A DNA stretch of 64,000 nucleotides from an uncultured Eubacteriales bacterium (GCA_964558915.1 CAZLFV010000004.1:643-64642), one strand, 5' to 3'; positions 44,582 through 53,818 are shown, numbered from the stretch's first letter. Program-made: numbers and translations. Notes: generated by a model not told the origin, from the letters alone.

Positions 44582-45946
44582 ATGAAAGCAACGGTTGCTG
44601 CCTTCATTTTTCTGACTCTCGGCGTGTTCTTCTTTCTCGGCCTGAATCCCGGCCAAAACATCAAGGCCGGCGACCAAGCCCTCGGGACACGGAAATATGA
44701 CGATTACGAAACCCCAAGATTTTGCGGAACCTCATGCCATACGGATTTTTACCAGCAGTGGACTCAGGCAATGATGTCCCAAGCCTACACTCATCACTGG
44801 GATGAAATCGAGTACTTTAAGCTGGCTGTTCCGCATGCCGAGAAGGACAGCGCAGTGGCCGGAGTCAAAGCAGGATGCAACGGATGCCACGCTCCCTTCG
44901 CTTTTCTCGCGGGCGATGTCCCCCCTCCCAAACCCGCCGTGAACAGCCGCGCCAACGAATCGGTCTCCTGCGACCTCTGTCATACTGTCACCGGGTTCGC
45001 CGGCGACACCCCTTTTAACTTTAACTGGATCTCCGAGCCCGGGAAGACTAAATACGGACCGCGCGAGGGCAAGAATTCGCCCGAGCACAACCTGATGAAA
45101 TCAGAATTCCTGGGGAAAGCCGAATTTTGCGGGACTTGTCACAACGAAAAGAGCCCCTACGGAGCCTGGGTCAAAGCCACTCAGCTGGAATGGAAGGAGG
45201 GGCCTTATGCGGCCCAGGGAGTGAAATGCCACGATTGCCACATGACCTATGCTTCGCTGAAGACAGCGTCCATGGGAAATTCCTACCCGGACGCCCGGCT
45301 CCATCTTTTTCACGGAGCGCACGACCCCGGCAAGGTCAGGGGGACGATCGAGCTGAGGATCCAGCCGGATATCAGAGAAGCCGAGCCCGGTGAGGCCGTC
45401 AAGTTCACCATCGCCCTTTTTAACCAGAAAACAGGTCATAAGTTTCCCACCGGCTCCGTAGAGGACCGGATTGTCTGGATGCATGTCGAGGCTGTGGACG
45501 CCAAGGGGAATGTGTACCATCTCCCCGTAGACAAGAAAGGGTTTGAAGGCGAAGAATACACCATAGGCGCGGATGTGCTGGCCTATCAGGATATGGGAAT
45601 CGCCCTAGGAGATGCAACCTTCAAGGGAGTGCAAAGAGACGGCATACCCGTGGGCGACCGGATTTTCCGAATGGCCTATTTCGACCCACAAGGACGGATG
45701 ACCATGCAGCAATGGAACACCAAATCCTTCGGCACAGACTATCGGATTGGCCCGCGGGAAACGAAGATCGAAACCTGCACATTCACGCTCCCTGATACAA
45801 TTCCGCCCGGGACGCTGAGAGTCACAGCCGTACTCAATTATCAGAAATTGGTCAAACCAGTAGCCGACTTCCTGGGAGTGCCGGATGATGAATCGGAAAT
45901 CATCATAGTCAACGAGCACTCGACCGCGGTCACAGTCCTTCAATAA
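44582..45946 (+). CDS. multihaem c-type cytochrome (five haem-binding motifs) with C-terminal beta-sandwich-like region
   Basis: ATG at 44582 (MKATVAAFIFLTLGVFFFLGL signal/anchor). Motifs are CGTSCH (CX3CH), CNGCH, CDLCH, CGTCH and CHDCH. The C-terminal half contains ..FNQKTGHKFPTGSVEDR.. Confidence 0.85.
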   Translation: MKATVAAFIFLTLGVFFFLGLNPGQNIKAGDQALGTRKYDDYETPRFCGTSCHTDFYQQWTQAMMSQAYTHHWDEIEYFKLAVPHAEKDSAVAGVKAGCNGCHAPFAFLAGDVPPPKPAVNSRANESVSCDLCHTVTGFAGDTPFNFNWISEPGKTKYGPREGKNSPEHNLMKSEFLGKAEFCGTCHNEKSPYGAWVKATQLEWKEGPYAAQGVKCHDCHMTYASLKTASMGNSYPDARLHLFHGAHDPGKVRGTIELRIQPDIREAEPGEAVKFTIALFNQKTGHKFPTGSVEDRIVWMHVEAVDAKGNVYHLPVDKKGFEGEEYTIGADVLAYQDMGIALGDATFKGVQRDGIPVGDRIFRMAYFDPQGRMTMQQWNTKSFGTDYRIGPRETKIETCTFTLPDTIPPGTLRVTAVLNYQKLVKPVADFLGVPDDESEIIIVNEHSTAVTVLQ

Positions 45947-45955
45947 GGTGACAAA

Positions 45956-47134
45956 ATGAAAAAATCAACCCTCATTTTCCTGGGAACTGTTCTCTTTCTT
46001 CAAGCGGCTGTGGTCCGGCTTCAGGCGATACCGGCCTTCGCCCGCAAATACACGATGACCTGCAAGACCTGTCACGCTCCCTTTCCCAAGCTCAAGAGCT
46101 ACGGGGAGGAGTTCGCGGCCAACGGCTATGTCATTAAAGACAAAGATACCCCGCGTTATTATGTCGATACAGGCGACAATTTTCTCTCCTTGCTCCGGGA
46201 AGCCCCGATCGCCTTACGGCTGGAGGGATACGTCACTTATGATTATTCCCACACCAAACAATTGGATTTCACAGCTCCGTACTTGATCAAATTCCTCTCG
46301 GGGGGCGAGATCACTAAGAACATTTCCTACTATTTCTATTTTTTCTTTTCCGAGGTTGGGGAGATAGTCGGACTCGAAGACGCCTTCCTGATGTTTAACA
46401 GCCTGTTCGGTTCCAGCCTGGACTTCTATATCGGTCAGTTTCAAGTATGTGACCCGGTCTTCAAGCGAGAGTGCCGCCTCAGCTTCGAGGACTACGCGAT
46501 TTATACGGCCAAACCGGGCACCTCCCAAATTACTCTAACCTACGACAGGGGGGTCATGTTGAATTATGAGCTTCCCACGAAGACAGACCTCTGGCTGGAA
46601 ATTGTCAACGGCAGCGGAATTGACCCGGCCAATCCCTTCGGAAACTTCGATTCGGACAAGTACAAGAATCCTGTTTTCAGGGCCTCCCAGGAAATCGGCG
46701 CCAATTTCCGGCTGGGCGGGTTGGGCTACCTCGGCAAGGAAGAGCAGGACAGCATCGTCAATTCCGTGTGGATGGTGGGTATCGACGCCACTGTATCCGC
46801 CACAGCTCTTGAACTCAACCTTCAATACCTGGAGCGCAGCGACAGCAACCCCTATTTCGTTGTTTCTCTTATGGAAGGCCCGAAAATCAAGACGAGAGGC
46901 GGGTTTGCGGAGCTGATCTTTCTCCCTAAAGGGGATGACAGCCGCTGGTATCTCGTGGGACTCTTCAACCACGTCAGGTCAGGCATCAAAGAGCTGGACT
47001 ACACTTCGGCCACGCTCCACTATGGCCGGCTCTTGAGAAGAAACATCCGGGCCACGGCTGAACTTACTTATGTTCTTGACAGCATTTATAACGAGTATGC
47101 CCAGGTCGAGGCCGGACTGATCCTGGCTTTTTGA
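45956..47134 (+). CDS. outer-membrane beta-barrel protein with an N-terminal CXXCH haem motif
   Basis: 392 aa. Signal peptide ..VVRLQA|IPAF. CKTCH at residues 36-40 in IPAFARKYTMTCKTCHAPFPKLKSYGEEFAANGY. The remainder shows alternating amphipathic beta-strand patterns and ends ..AGLILAF (C-terminal Phe, an OMP signature). Confidence 0.7.
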   Translation: MKKSTLIFLGTVLFLQAAVVRLQAIPAFARKYTMTCKTCHAPFPKLKSYGEEFAANGYVIKDKDTPRYYVDTGDNFLSLLREAPIALRLEGYVTYDYSHTKQLDFTAPYLIKFLSGGEITKNISYYFYFFFSEVGEIVGLEDAFLMFNSLFGSSLDFYIGQFQVCDPVFKRECRLSFEDYAIYTAKPGTSQITLTYDRGVMLNYELPTKTDLWLEIVNGSGIDPANPFGNFDSDKYKNPVFRASQEIGANFRLGGLGYLGKEEQDSIVNSVWMVGIDATVSATALELNLQYLERSDSNPYFVVSLMEGPKIKTRGGFAELIFLPKGDDSRWYLVGLFNHVRSGIKELDYTSATLHYGRLLRRNIRATAELTYVLDSIYNEYAQVEAGLILAF

Positions 47135-47242
47135 GGCCGCGAAGAAATTCGCTGAGGACCCGCGCGTCTGCATTTTTTAGGAGCCGAAGATCTCTATTCT
47201 CCTTAACATTTTTATTTGTTTCTCGATATACTCTTATGTGAA

Positions 47243-47800
47243 ATGGACGAAAAGGAGAACCGTTTGATCGAACTCGTCCTGCACGGAAACGTCGAGGCTT
47301 TTGAGCCCCTGATCACTCCCTATCGGAAGACTATCCTGAGCCTGGCCTACCGGCTCAGCCGGAACCGGGAAGACGCTCAAGAAATCTCTCAGGACGCCCT
47401 GTTGCGGGCCTTTCGATACTTGCGCACTTACGATAAAAAAAGAAGCTTTCGGAACTGGCTGCTCCAGATTCTCGTCAATGCCTGGCGAAGTCGGCAGAAA
47501 CCGAAGCCCGAGCGAGAGAGCCCGGAGCAATTTCTTCAGCGAAGCTCTGATGATGACCCGCAACAGAGACACTTGCAGGAGGAAGCCAGGACTCAACTCC
47601 TGGACTGTCTCGCTTGCCTGAGCCCGCGCGAAAAAGAAGTTGTTCTCCTGCGGGATATCGAAGACCGGAGTATTAAAGATACGGCCACGATCCTAGGCTC
47701 TTCGCCGCTTTCTGTCCGCGTCCATCTTTGCTCAGCACGGAAAAAGCTCAAGGACAGAATCAAGGAGAAATTCCCCTTTCTTATAGAGGACCGGAGATGA
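47243..47800 (+). CDS. ECF-type RNA polymerase sigma factor (sigma-70 family, group 4)
   Basis: The ATG at 47243 is preferred over the track's TTG at 47216. Region 2 (..TILSLAYRLSRNREDAQEISQDALLRAF..) and region 4 HTH (SIKDTATILGSSPLSVRVHLCSARKKL) are present. Confidence 0.9.
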   Translation: MDEKENRLIELVLHGNVEAFEPLITPYRKTILSLAYRLSRNREDAQEISQDALLRAFRYLRTYDKKRSFRNWLLQILVNAWRSRQKPKPERESPEQFLQRSSDDDPQQRHLQEEARTQLLDCLACLSPREKEVVLLRDIEDRSIKDTATILGSSPLSVRVHLCSARKKLKDRIKEKFPFLIEDRR

Positions 47801-48429
47801 CCTGTAAACAACGCAAGAAGCATATCCCTCTTCTCGCCGGAGGCGACCTCCCGGAAAGAAAAGCCCGGCGGTTGAGAAGGCATCTCAAGGCCTGCGAGGC
47901 GTGCCGGAAAGAACTCAAAGAATATGAAGCGATCTTGGCAGGCATAAAATCCTTCGCCCTCGAGGAAGAGCGGGATTGGGAAGAAGAGGAATGGCAGAGT
48001 CTCCTGCAAAAAGTGACCGCCGAAAAACCCGGGCCGTGCGTCTTGTCTCTCGGCGTCCAGACAAGAACGGCCTGGGCCTACGGATTCCTCGTCTTGCTCG
48101 TCTTGGGCCTGACCGCTTTTCTATTCTGGACGATTTTGAGTCATCGAAAAACTGTCGGGGTTATCAAGAACATCACTATTACTCAAGCGCAGCCCGCTCG
48201 GACATTTCAGGCCGGAGAGACCGTGGTGCCGCAAATCGAAGACGCCCCTTTTGTAGCGAGAGCACCGAGGCTCCGCCGCGAAAAACTCGAGCCAACGTTT
48301 CAGGCCGCGCTTCCTGAGGAAGTCTCGCCTCAAGAACGGCTCAGTTTGACTCTCATTTCCAGTAAATCAGGACTCCGAGTCCACTGGATTTTCGATAAAA
48401 ATTTTGAATGGAAGGAGACCGGAAGATGA
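47797..48429 (+). CDS. anti-sigma factor (zf-HC2 type), single-pass membrane protein
   Basis: The ATG at 47797 overlaps the sigma stop as ATGA. HLKACEACRKEL is the H-x3-C-x2-C motif. TM is AWAYGFLVLLVLGLTAFLFWTIL. About 100 aa are periplasmic. Confidence 0.75.
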   Translation: MTCKQRKKHIPLLAGGDLPERKARRLRRHLKACEACRKELKEYEAILAGIKSFALEEERDWEEEEWQSLLQKVTAEKPGPCVLSLGVQTRTAWAYGFLVLLVLGLTAFLFWTILSHRKTVGVIKNITITQAQPARTFQAGETVVPQIEDAPFVARAPRLRREKLEPTFQAALPEEVSPQERLSLTLISSKSGLRVHWIFDKNFEWKETGR

Positions 48430-49157
48430 AAAATTCGATCGCAACCGCTTCTTTCCTCGCCATGGCCTTGTTTCTTGTCCTCGTCGCTACGGGCTTGGCT
48501 CAAGAAACTCCGCCGAAGATGGTCCAGGAGATCGTCAAGCTCAAGTATTCCAAGAGCAACGTGCTCCTCAGCGGAGGGATCCTGTACACTTTCCTCAGTC
48601 CCCAGGGACGCATTAACTCGAACCCGGAAGCCGGACTGATTACGATCAGCGACTTCCCCGAGAACGTCAAAAAAATTCTCGCACTGATTCGCGAGCTCGA
48701 CGTAAAGCCGGCCGATATCCAGTTCACGATACAGCTTGTTCTGGGGTCGGCCGCCAGTGAAGAACAAGTGGATGAGTCTCTCAAAAATGATCCCGTCATC
48801 AGGGAGCTCAAAACCTTGTTGAGCTACAAGTCCTTCGGCCTGCTGGACACGTCCTTCATCCGCGCTATCGACGGCGAGGTCTCCGAGGTCACCATGGGAA
48901 AGGACGCCGAACTCCGGCTCGAGCTCCGGCCCAAGTTTATCAAGGAAGAAAAAGACCAGCTCATTCAAGTGGAGGCCCAGCTGACCAGAAGGGGCGGGAT
49001 CATCGAAAGCGGAGGTAACGCCCGCCGGGAATCAACAGTTTTGCTCACCGCCCACTTGACCATGAAATCCGGTGAAAAAACGGTCGTCGGCGTCTCCAAG
49101 ATGAACGGCGGAGAGAAGGGGCTGATCCTCATCATCTCGGGCAAAATCACGGGTTAA
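48426..49157 (+). CDS. periplasmic protein with Secretin_N (NolW-like) domain and a truncated secretin-like C-terminus ('mini-secretin')
   Basis: The ATG at 48426 overlaps the anti-sigma stop as ATGA. Signal peptide. IVKLKYSKSNVLL..RINSNPEAGLITISDFPENVKKILALIRELDVKPADIQFTIQLV matches the Secretin_N pattern. At only 243 aa it is too short for a secretin channel. Confidence 0.65.
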   Translation: MKNSIATASFLAMALFLVLVATGLAQETPPKMVQEIVKLKYSKSNVLLSGGILYTFLSPQGRINSNPEAGLITISDFPENVKKILALIRELDVKPADIQFTIQLVLGSAASEEQVDESLKNDPVIRELKTLLSYKSFGLLDTSFIRAIDGEVSEVTMGKDAELRLELRPKFIKEEKDQLIQVEAQLTRRGGIIESGGNARRESTVLLTAHLTMKSGEKTVVGVSKMNGGEKGLILIISGKITG

Positions 49158-49201
49158 AAGAAGCACGGAAAACCGACGCGGGATTCTTAAAGGGCAATCG
49201 C

Positions 49202-51298
49202 TTATCGGACTTTCTTGCGGACATCCCTGAAGCCGGGGTTCCATTCCTTGATGGCTCGATAAAGCTCCTGGGCTTTTTGCTTTTCGTCCTTGTCCTCATA
49301 CAGAGACGCTAGCTCATATTCAAGGAAAAAGAATTCCTCAGACTTATCAGGAACCAATTTTAAGCATTCCTGGAGCCACCGGAGCGCTTCCTCCACCTCA
49401 TTTTTCTTCCGGTACGCCTTGCTGATGATGCTGTAGCATTCAAGCTTCCGGTCCGGTTCCTTGGCAGCGAGCAGAAGCTCTTCAATGGCCTCATCGAGCA
49501 AGCCCTGCTCGAGAAATGCCAGGCCGAGATGAAAACGTGTCTCATAAGCCTTGGCGTCGACCCGCTTGCGGAGCTCCTCCCTGAAATCCCTGACAATCTC
49601 AGAGAGTTCCTTCTCCAGGACGGAAATATCCCCCCGGAGCTGCTGTGAATAAACGCCCCTAATCATGGCCAGCTCATCCCCAATTTTTTCTCCAAGATCA
49701 TAATATCTCATCCCGGGCGCTTCCTCAGAAGGAAGAGGCAGAATCTCCGTGTCGGCGAAAATTTCAGCCGCTGTGACTCGTCTTCCAGCACTCCCTTCGC
49801 CCTGAAGGAGAGAAAAAAACGTTTTGGCCAGCTCCGGAGTCGCGACGATTTTCTCCTCTATTTCCTGGATTTTCTCGACTCGGGAAGGAATTTCGTCGGT
49901 CCTGATATCGGTCCTGATTTTCTCCAAGTCCGCTATTTTCTCCTCTATTTTGCGAGAAAAGGGAAACTTAAGACTCAGGTTTTCCAGAATCCTCCGGGCA
50001 TTCCGGACGAGTCCCTGGCTCACATACAGGTCAACCCTGGAGAGAAGAAGGTCGAGACTTTCCTCGTCTGTCGCGGCATAGGCCAGGACTTCTTCCTCCC
50101 CTACTTTTTCATCGACAAATCCGAGCTGTCTTCGCAAATTCCAATACTCCTGGACGAGCGCTTCATCCTTCGGGCAGAGCTCCATAAGCTCGGACAAGGC
50201 GACGAACATGTTCTCCGTGGATTTTTGTTCCCGGGCTTCTGCCAAAATAACCCGGCAAACGACTTCCAGGTTATCTTTCTGCTTCTTGGACTTGTAAATC
50301 GCAGCCAGTTTTTCCAGGGCAGGAAGATGAAGATGCTTGGCGCTGAGAACGATCCCAAGAAGCCCGACCGCCGCGTCTTCCTTCTGTTTTTTGATCAAGT
50401 TTCCGATCAGTGGTTCCAAGAGCTTATAGGCTTTTTCAGGCCTGTTTTGAAGACTGTAGACTTTCCCGAGCTTAATCCTAGCTTTGGTATTCAGGGGGTT
50501 CTGCTCGACGACTCCAGAAAATATCTCCTCCGCCTTTTTGAGCTCGCCGTCCTCAAGGTAGAGGGTTCCGAGGATATTGTTAAAATGAAGATTCTCCTTG
50601 TCTCCCCGCAGAATCTTGTTGACGATTCCGATCGCCTCTTTCCTCAGCCCTTTCCTTTTGAGAATTTCGATTTTATTTGTCAGAGTCCGGGCGTCATCTT
50701 TTTTGAGCGACTGGGCCTTTTGGATAATCTTTTCCGCCTCCTCGTTCTCACCCCGGCCGAGCAGTATCTCGGCAGCATCATTGAGCTGGAGGACCGCCTC
50801 TTCGATAAACCCCTCCTGGCTAAAGAGCTCAGCCAAAGAGAGTTTGAAGGAGATATTTCCCTGGTCCAGCTTGACCAGCTTGTGGTAAAGAAACATGAGT
50901 TCCTTTGTCCGCCTCTCTTTTCTCAGCCTTTGTTCTGCTTTCAGGTATTCCCTCTTGGCCTCCGTCGCAAAGCCTTGTGTGTCAAAAAGGTCTCCCATCC
51001 TGACCATGATCACGACATTATCAGGGTCAACCTTGGTGATTTTCTTGTAGATGGCTAAGGCCCGGGAATAAAAGCCCGTGGATTCGTAGTAGCTGGCGAC
51101 AGATTGATACGCTTTGACGGCTTCCTCATTCCGGTCCATTTTCACATAGAGGTCGCCGATGATGTTATTGACAGTCAGGTCCGGCGCTTCCCCGGCCAGT
51201 AGCTTCTTGTATTCAACAATCGCCTCTTCGAGTCGGCCGGCGCTCGCCTGCCTTTCCGCAAGCTCGATGATCCTTGTCTTATCTTTCATATTGTTCAT
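49202..51298 (-). CDS. TPR-repeat protein
   Basis: 698 aa of repeated 34-aa A..Y......P-type helical motifs (e.g. EEAVKAYQSVASYYESTGFYSRALAIYKKITKVDPDN). Last gene of the ffh-rpsP-trmD-rplS-rnhB operon (4-nt overlap with rnhB). Confidence 0.8.
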   Translation of the reverse strand: MNNMKDKTRIIELAERQASAGRLEEAIVEYKKLLAGEAPDLTVNNIIGDLYVKMDRNEEAVKAYQSVASYYESTGFYSRALAIYKKITKVDPDNVVIMVRMGDLFDTQGFATEAKREYLKAEQRLRKERRTKELMFLYHKLVKLDQGNISFKLSLAELFSQEGFIEEAVLQLNDAAEILLGRGENEEAEKIIQKAQSLKKDDARTLTNKIEILKRKGLRKEAIGIVNKILRGDKENLHFNNILGTLYLEDGELKKAEEIFSGVVEQNPLNTKARIKLGKVYSLQNRPEKAYKLLEPLIGNLIKKQKEDAAVGLLGIVLSAKHLHLPALEKLAAIYKSKKQKDNLEVVCRVILAEAREQKSTENMFVALSELMELCPKDEALVQEYWNLRRQLGFVDEKVGEEEVLAYAATDEESLDLLLSRVDLYVSQGLVRNARRILENLSLKFPFSRKIEEKIADLEKIRTDIRTDEIPSRVEKIQEIEEKIVATPELAKTFFSLLQGEGSAGRRVTAAEIFADTEILPLPSEEAPGMRYYDLGEKIGDELAMIRGVYSQQLRGDISVLEKELSEIVRDFREELRKRVDAKAYETRFHLGLAFLEQGLLDEAIEELLLAAKEPDRKLECYSIISKAYRKKNEVEEALRWLQECLKLVPDKSEEFFFLEYELASLYEDKDEKQKAQELYRAIKEWNPGFRDVRKKVR

Positions 51299-51945
51299 GC
51301 CAGCTCGACCTTGCCCGCAAGATTAAAGGTGAGGCGGTGCAGCGGCGACGGCCCTTTCTCTTTCAGTGCCTGGTAGTGTTCCTTTGTCCCGTAGCCCTTG
51401 TTCTTGGCCAAATGATAACCCGCAAAAAATTCCTCCAGAAAAACCATCCACTCATCCCGGACGACTTTGGCCAGGATAGAAGCGGCTGCAACGGATATGC
51501 TCTTTCGGTCACCGCCCCGGAGGCAGAGTCCCGGACAGCCAAGGTCTATTGTTCGGTTCTCGAACCCGTCGATTAAAAGATAGTCGGGCCGCGCAGTCAA
51601 GTTTGACACCGCCCTCTTCATCGCCTCGAGCGAGGCTTGATAAATATTGATGAGGTCAATCTCCTTGTTCGTGACCGAGCCCAAGCCTACGGCCAAGGCC
51701 TCGGTCAAAATATGGCCAGCCAGTTCCTTTCGCTTCTGCGGAGATAGCGCCTTTGAATCGTCGACGTCTCTCAACCATCCTTTCAGCGGAGCATTGATCC
51801 ATTGCGGTGGCAGAATGACGGCCGCCGCTACAACAGGACCAAATAAAGCTCCTCTCCCCACTTCATCTACTCCAGCAATAGTCCTGAACCGCTGTCTGAC
51901 GATTCGCTTTTCAATCCTGAAGCTCAGCATTTCCGCTAAAAACAA
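51295..51945 (-). CDS. rnhB: ribonuclease HII
   Basis: 216 aa. AGVDEVGRGALFGPVVAAAV catalytic motif. Confidence 0.92.
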   Translation of the reverse strand: MFLAEMLSFRIEKRIVRQRFRTIAGVDEVGRGALFGPVVAAAVILPPQWINAPLKGWLRDVDDSKALSPQKRKELAGHILTEALAVGLGSVTNKEIDLINIYQASLEAMKRAVSNLTARPDYLLIDGFENRTIDLGCPGLCLRGGDRKSISVAAASILAKVVRDEWMVFLEEFFAGYHLAKNKGYGTKEHYQALKEKGPSPLHRLTFNLAGKVELA

Positions 51946-51973
51946 GACGAAAGGCCGATGGTGCTTTTCCTGT

Positions 51974-52315
51974 CTATTTGGCTTCCTTAAGCTTGGCGGC
52001 CTTACCCCTTAGGTCGCGCATATAATATAGCTTGGCCCGTCGGACTCTGCCTTTTTTGACAACTTCAATCTTCTTAATAGCCTTGCTATGAACAGGAAAA
52101 ATTCTTTCCACACCGATTCCAAAAGAAATTTTCCGCACCGTGAATGTCATCCCAGCACCTTTCCCCCTCTTGGCGATCACGTCGCCCTTGAAAACCTGGA
52201 TTCGCTCTTTGTCCCCTTCCTTGATTATGACATGGACTTTGACCGTGTCCCCCACCGCAAACGGTTCCAGGTCTGTTCTCAGATCTCTTGCTTCAGCCAA
52301 GTCAATCAGGCTCAT
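51974..52315 (-). CDS. rplS: 50S ribosomal protein L19
   Basis: 113 aa. [33 protein letters not shown].. is the canonical L19 pattern. Confidence 0.95.
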   Translation of the reverse strand: MSLIDLAEARDLRTDLEPFAVGDTVKVHVIIKEGDKERIQVFKGDVIAKRGKGAGMTFTVRKISFGIGVERIFPVHSKAIKKIEVVKKGRVRRAKLYYMRDLRGKAAKLKEAK

Positions 52316-53051
52316 TGGTCTTTCCTTTCCGTTGAATTGACTCCAATATTTTCTTGTCTTCCGAGGCCAGTTTTTTCTTCCTCAAAAGGTCGGGTCGAAG
52401 CGACCATGTCTTCTCTAAAGCCTTTCTCCAGCGCCAACAGTAAATTTTAGCATGATCCCCAGAGAAAAGCACCTGGGGGACTTTTTTCCTCCTAAAATCG
52501 CGGGGCCTGGTGTAATGGGGATAATCCAGGATCCCGTTAAAAAAAGAATCCCGCCGGACAGACTCCTCTTTTCCGACAACACCGGGGATAAACCTGGAAA
52601 CGGCGTCCACAACCACCCAAGCAGCAGGCTCTCCTCCGGTTAACACATAATCCCCTATTGAGATCTCGCCATCGACCAGGTACCGGCTAACTCTTTCATC
52701 CACGCCTTCATAGCGGCCGCAGATCAGGATGACCTGAGGGATGCGGGCAAGCGTCCGGGCGAAACGGGCATCAAATTTTCCCCCTTGAGGAGAAAGCAAG
52801 TACACGCGGCTCTTCAAATCTGCCCTTTTAATGCCCTCGACGGCTTCAAAGACCGGCTCTGGCTTGAGAACCATGCCTTCGCCGCCCCCATAAGGGCGGT
52901 CATCCACCTGTTTGTGCCTATCGTGGGCATAATCCCTTAAGTTATGGATATGGACCTCGATCAGCCCTTTCTCCAGCGCCTTCCTGACTACTCCCCCTGA
53001 AAAAAAGCCGGTGAACATTTCGGGGAAGATGGTGATAATATCAAATCTCAT
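52302..53051 (-). CDS. trmD: tRNA (guanine37-N1)-methyltransferase
   Basis: 249 aa. [13 protein letters not shown].., [20 protein letters not shown] motifs. Confidence 0.95.
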   Translation of the reverse strand: MRFDIITIFPEMFTGFFSGGVVRKALEKGLIEVHIHNLRDYAHDRHKQVDDRPYGGGEGMVLKPEPVFEAVEGIKRADLKSRVYLLSPQGGKFDARFARTLARIPQVILICGRYEGVDERVSRYLVDGEISIGDYVLTGGEPAAWVVVDAVSRFIPGVVGKEESVRRDSFFNGILDYPHYTRPRDFRRKKVPQVLFSGDHAKIYCWRWRKALEKTWSLRPDLLRKKKLASEDKKILESIQRKGKTNEPD

Positions 53052-53561
53052 TCACGTCTCGTTGAGGTCCAAAAGTCCTGCGGGCGGGTCGATGCGAATT
53101 TCCTTCTTGACGAGGTCGACCTTCCGGCAGATGGACTCGTGGAAGGGAACAAATATTTCCTTCCCGTCTCGGTCGATCACCAGGAGATCATTGGCCGGGA
53201 TGGAAAGCACATCCACGACCTTGCCGATGAGCTCTCCTTGGAGGCTGAGGGCAGAGCAGCCTTTCAATTCAAAGAGGTAATAATGGCCAATCGCAGAAGG
53301 TTTCAAGCTGTCTGGGGGAACGAATACCTCCAACCCCGCAAGACTGTCGGCCTCAGCCAGAGAATCCACTCCGGCGAGCTTAACCTGGAAATATTTTCCT
53401 CTTCGAGCAAAAAATTCGACCCTGAATTCCTTGATCTCCCCCTCTTTCCCTATAAAGAGCGTTCTGCACGCGGAGAGTTCAACCAGGCCGTTATCGTAGA
53501 ATCTTAGCTTCAGCTCTCCGCGATTTCCCTGGCTTCTTAATATTTTCCCTACGCTTATCAA
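53052..53561 (-). CDS. rimM: 16S rRNA processing protein RimM
   Basis: 169 aa. The VGKILRSQGNRGELK N-terminus and PRC-barrel C-terminus fit RimM, as does the position between the KH protein and trmD. Confidence 0.9.
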   Translation of the reverse strand: MISVGKILRSQGNRGELKLRFYDNGLVELSACRTLFIGKEGEIKEFRVEFFARRGKYFQVKLAGVDSLAEADSLAGLEVFVPPDSLKPSAIGHYYLFELKGCSALSLQGELIGKVVDVLSIPANDLLVIDRDGKEIFVPFHESICRKVDLVKKEIRIDPPAGLLDLNET

Positions 53562-53798
53562 CTAGCCTTTTTCTATGATTTCGAGGTTAAATCTTCTCTT
53601 CAGTTTCATCCCCGCAGCTCCGAGGATAATCCGAATGGCCCGCGCTGTTCTCCCCTGTTTGCCGATCACTTTGCCCAAATCTTCCGGAGCCACCTTAAGC
53701 TCAAGAATTGTGGTTTGTTCCCCTTCCAATTGGGAAACCTGCACTTTTTCCGGATTGTCCACTAACGATTTGGCGATCAGTTCCACAAGCTCCTTCAC
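53562..53798 (-). CDS. KH-domain RNA-binding protein (YlqC/UPF0109 family)
   Basis: 78 aa. ..[20 protein letters not shown].. is the GXXG KH motif. Conserved position between rpsP and rimM. Confidence 0.85.
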   Translation of the reverse strand: MKELVELIAKSLVDNPEKVQVSQLEGEQTTILELKVAPEDLGKVIGKQGRTARAIRIILGAAGMKLKRRFNLEIIEKG

Positions 53799-53818
53799 TG
53801 TAACCTCCTTGCTAAAGA

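Noticed and set aside
47135-47180. Possible intrinsic terminator after the beta-barrel gene (GCGAA-GAAA-TTCGC, later CATTTTTT)
   Set aside because: The 5-bp hairpin is ~20 nt away from the T-run, and the sequence directly before the T-run does not form a convincing stem.
48330-51058. 212-aa minus ORF (48330-48968) and 277-aa plus ORF (50225-51058)
   Set aside because: They are antisense to the anti-sigma/mini-secretin genes and to the TPR gene respectively. The sense genes have signal peptides, motifs and operon coupling, and the antisense products have none.
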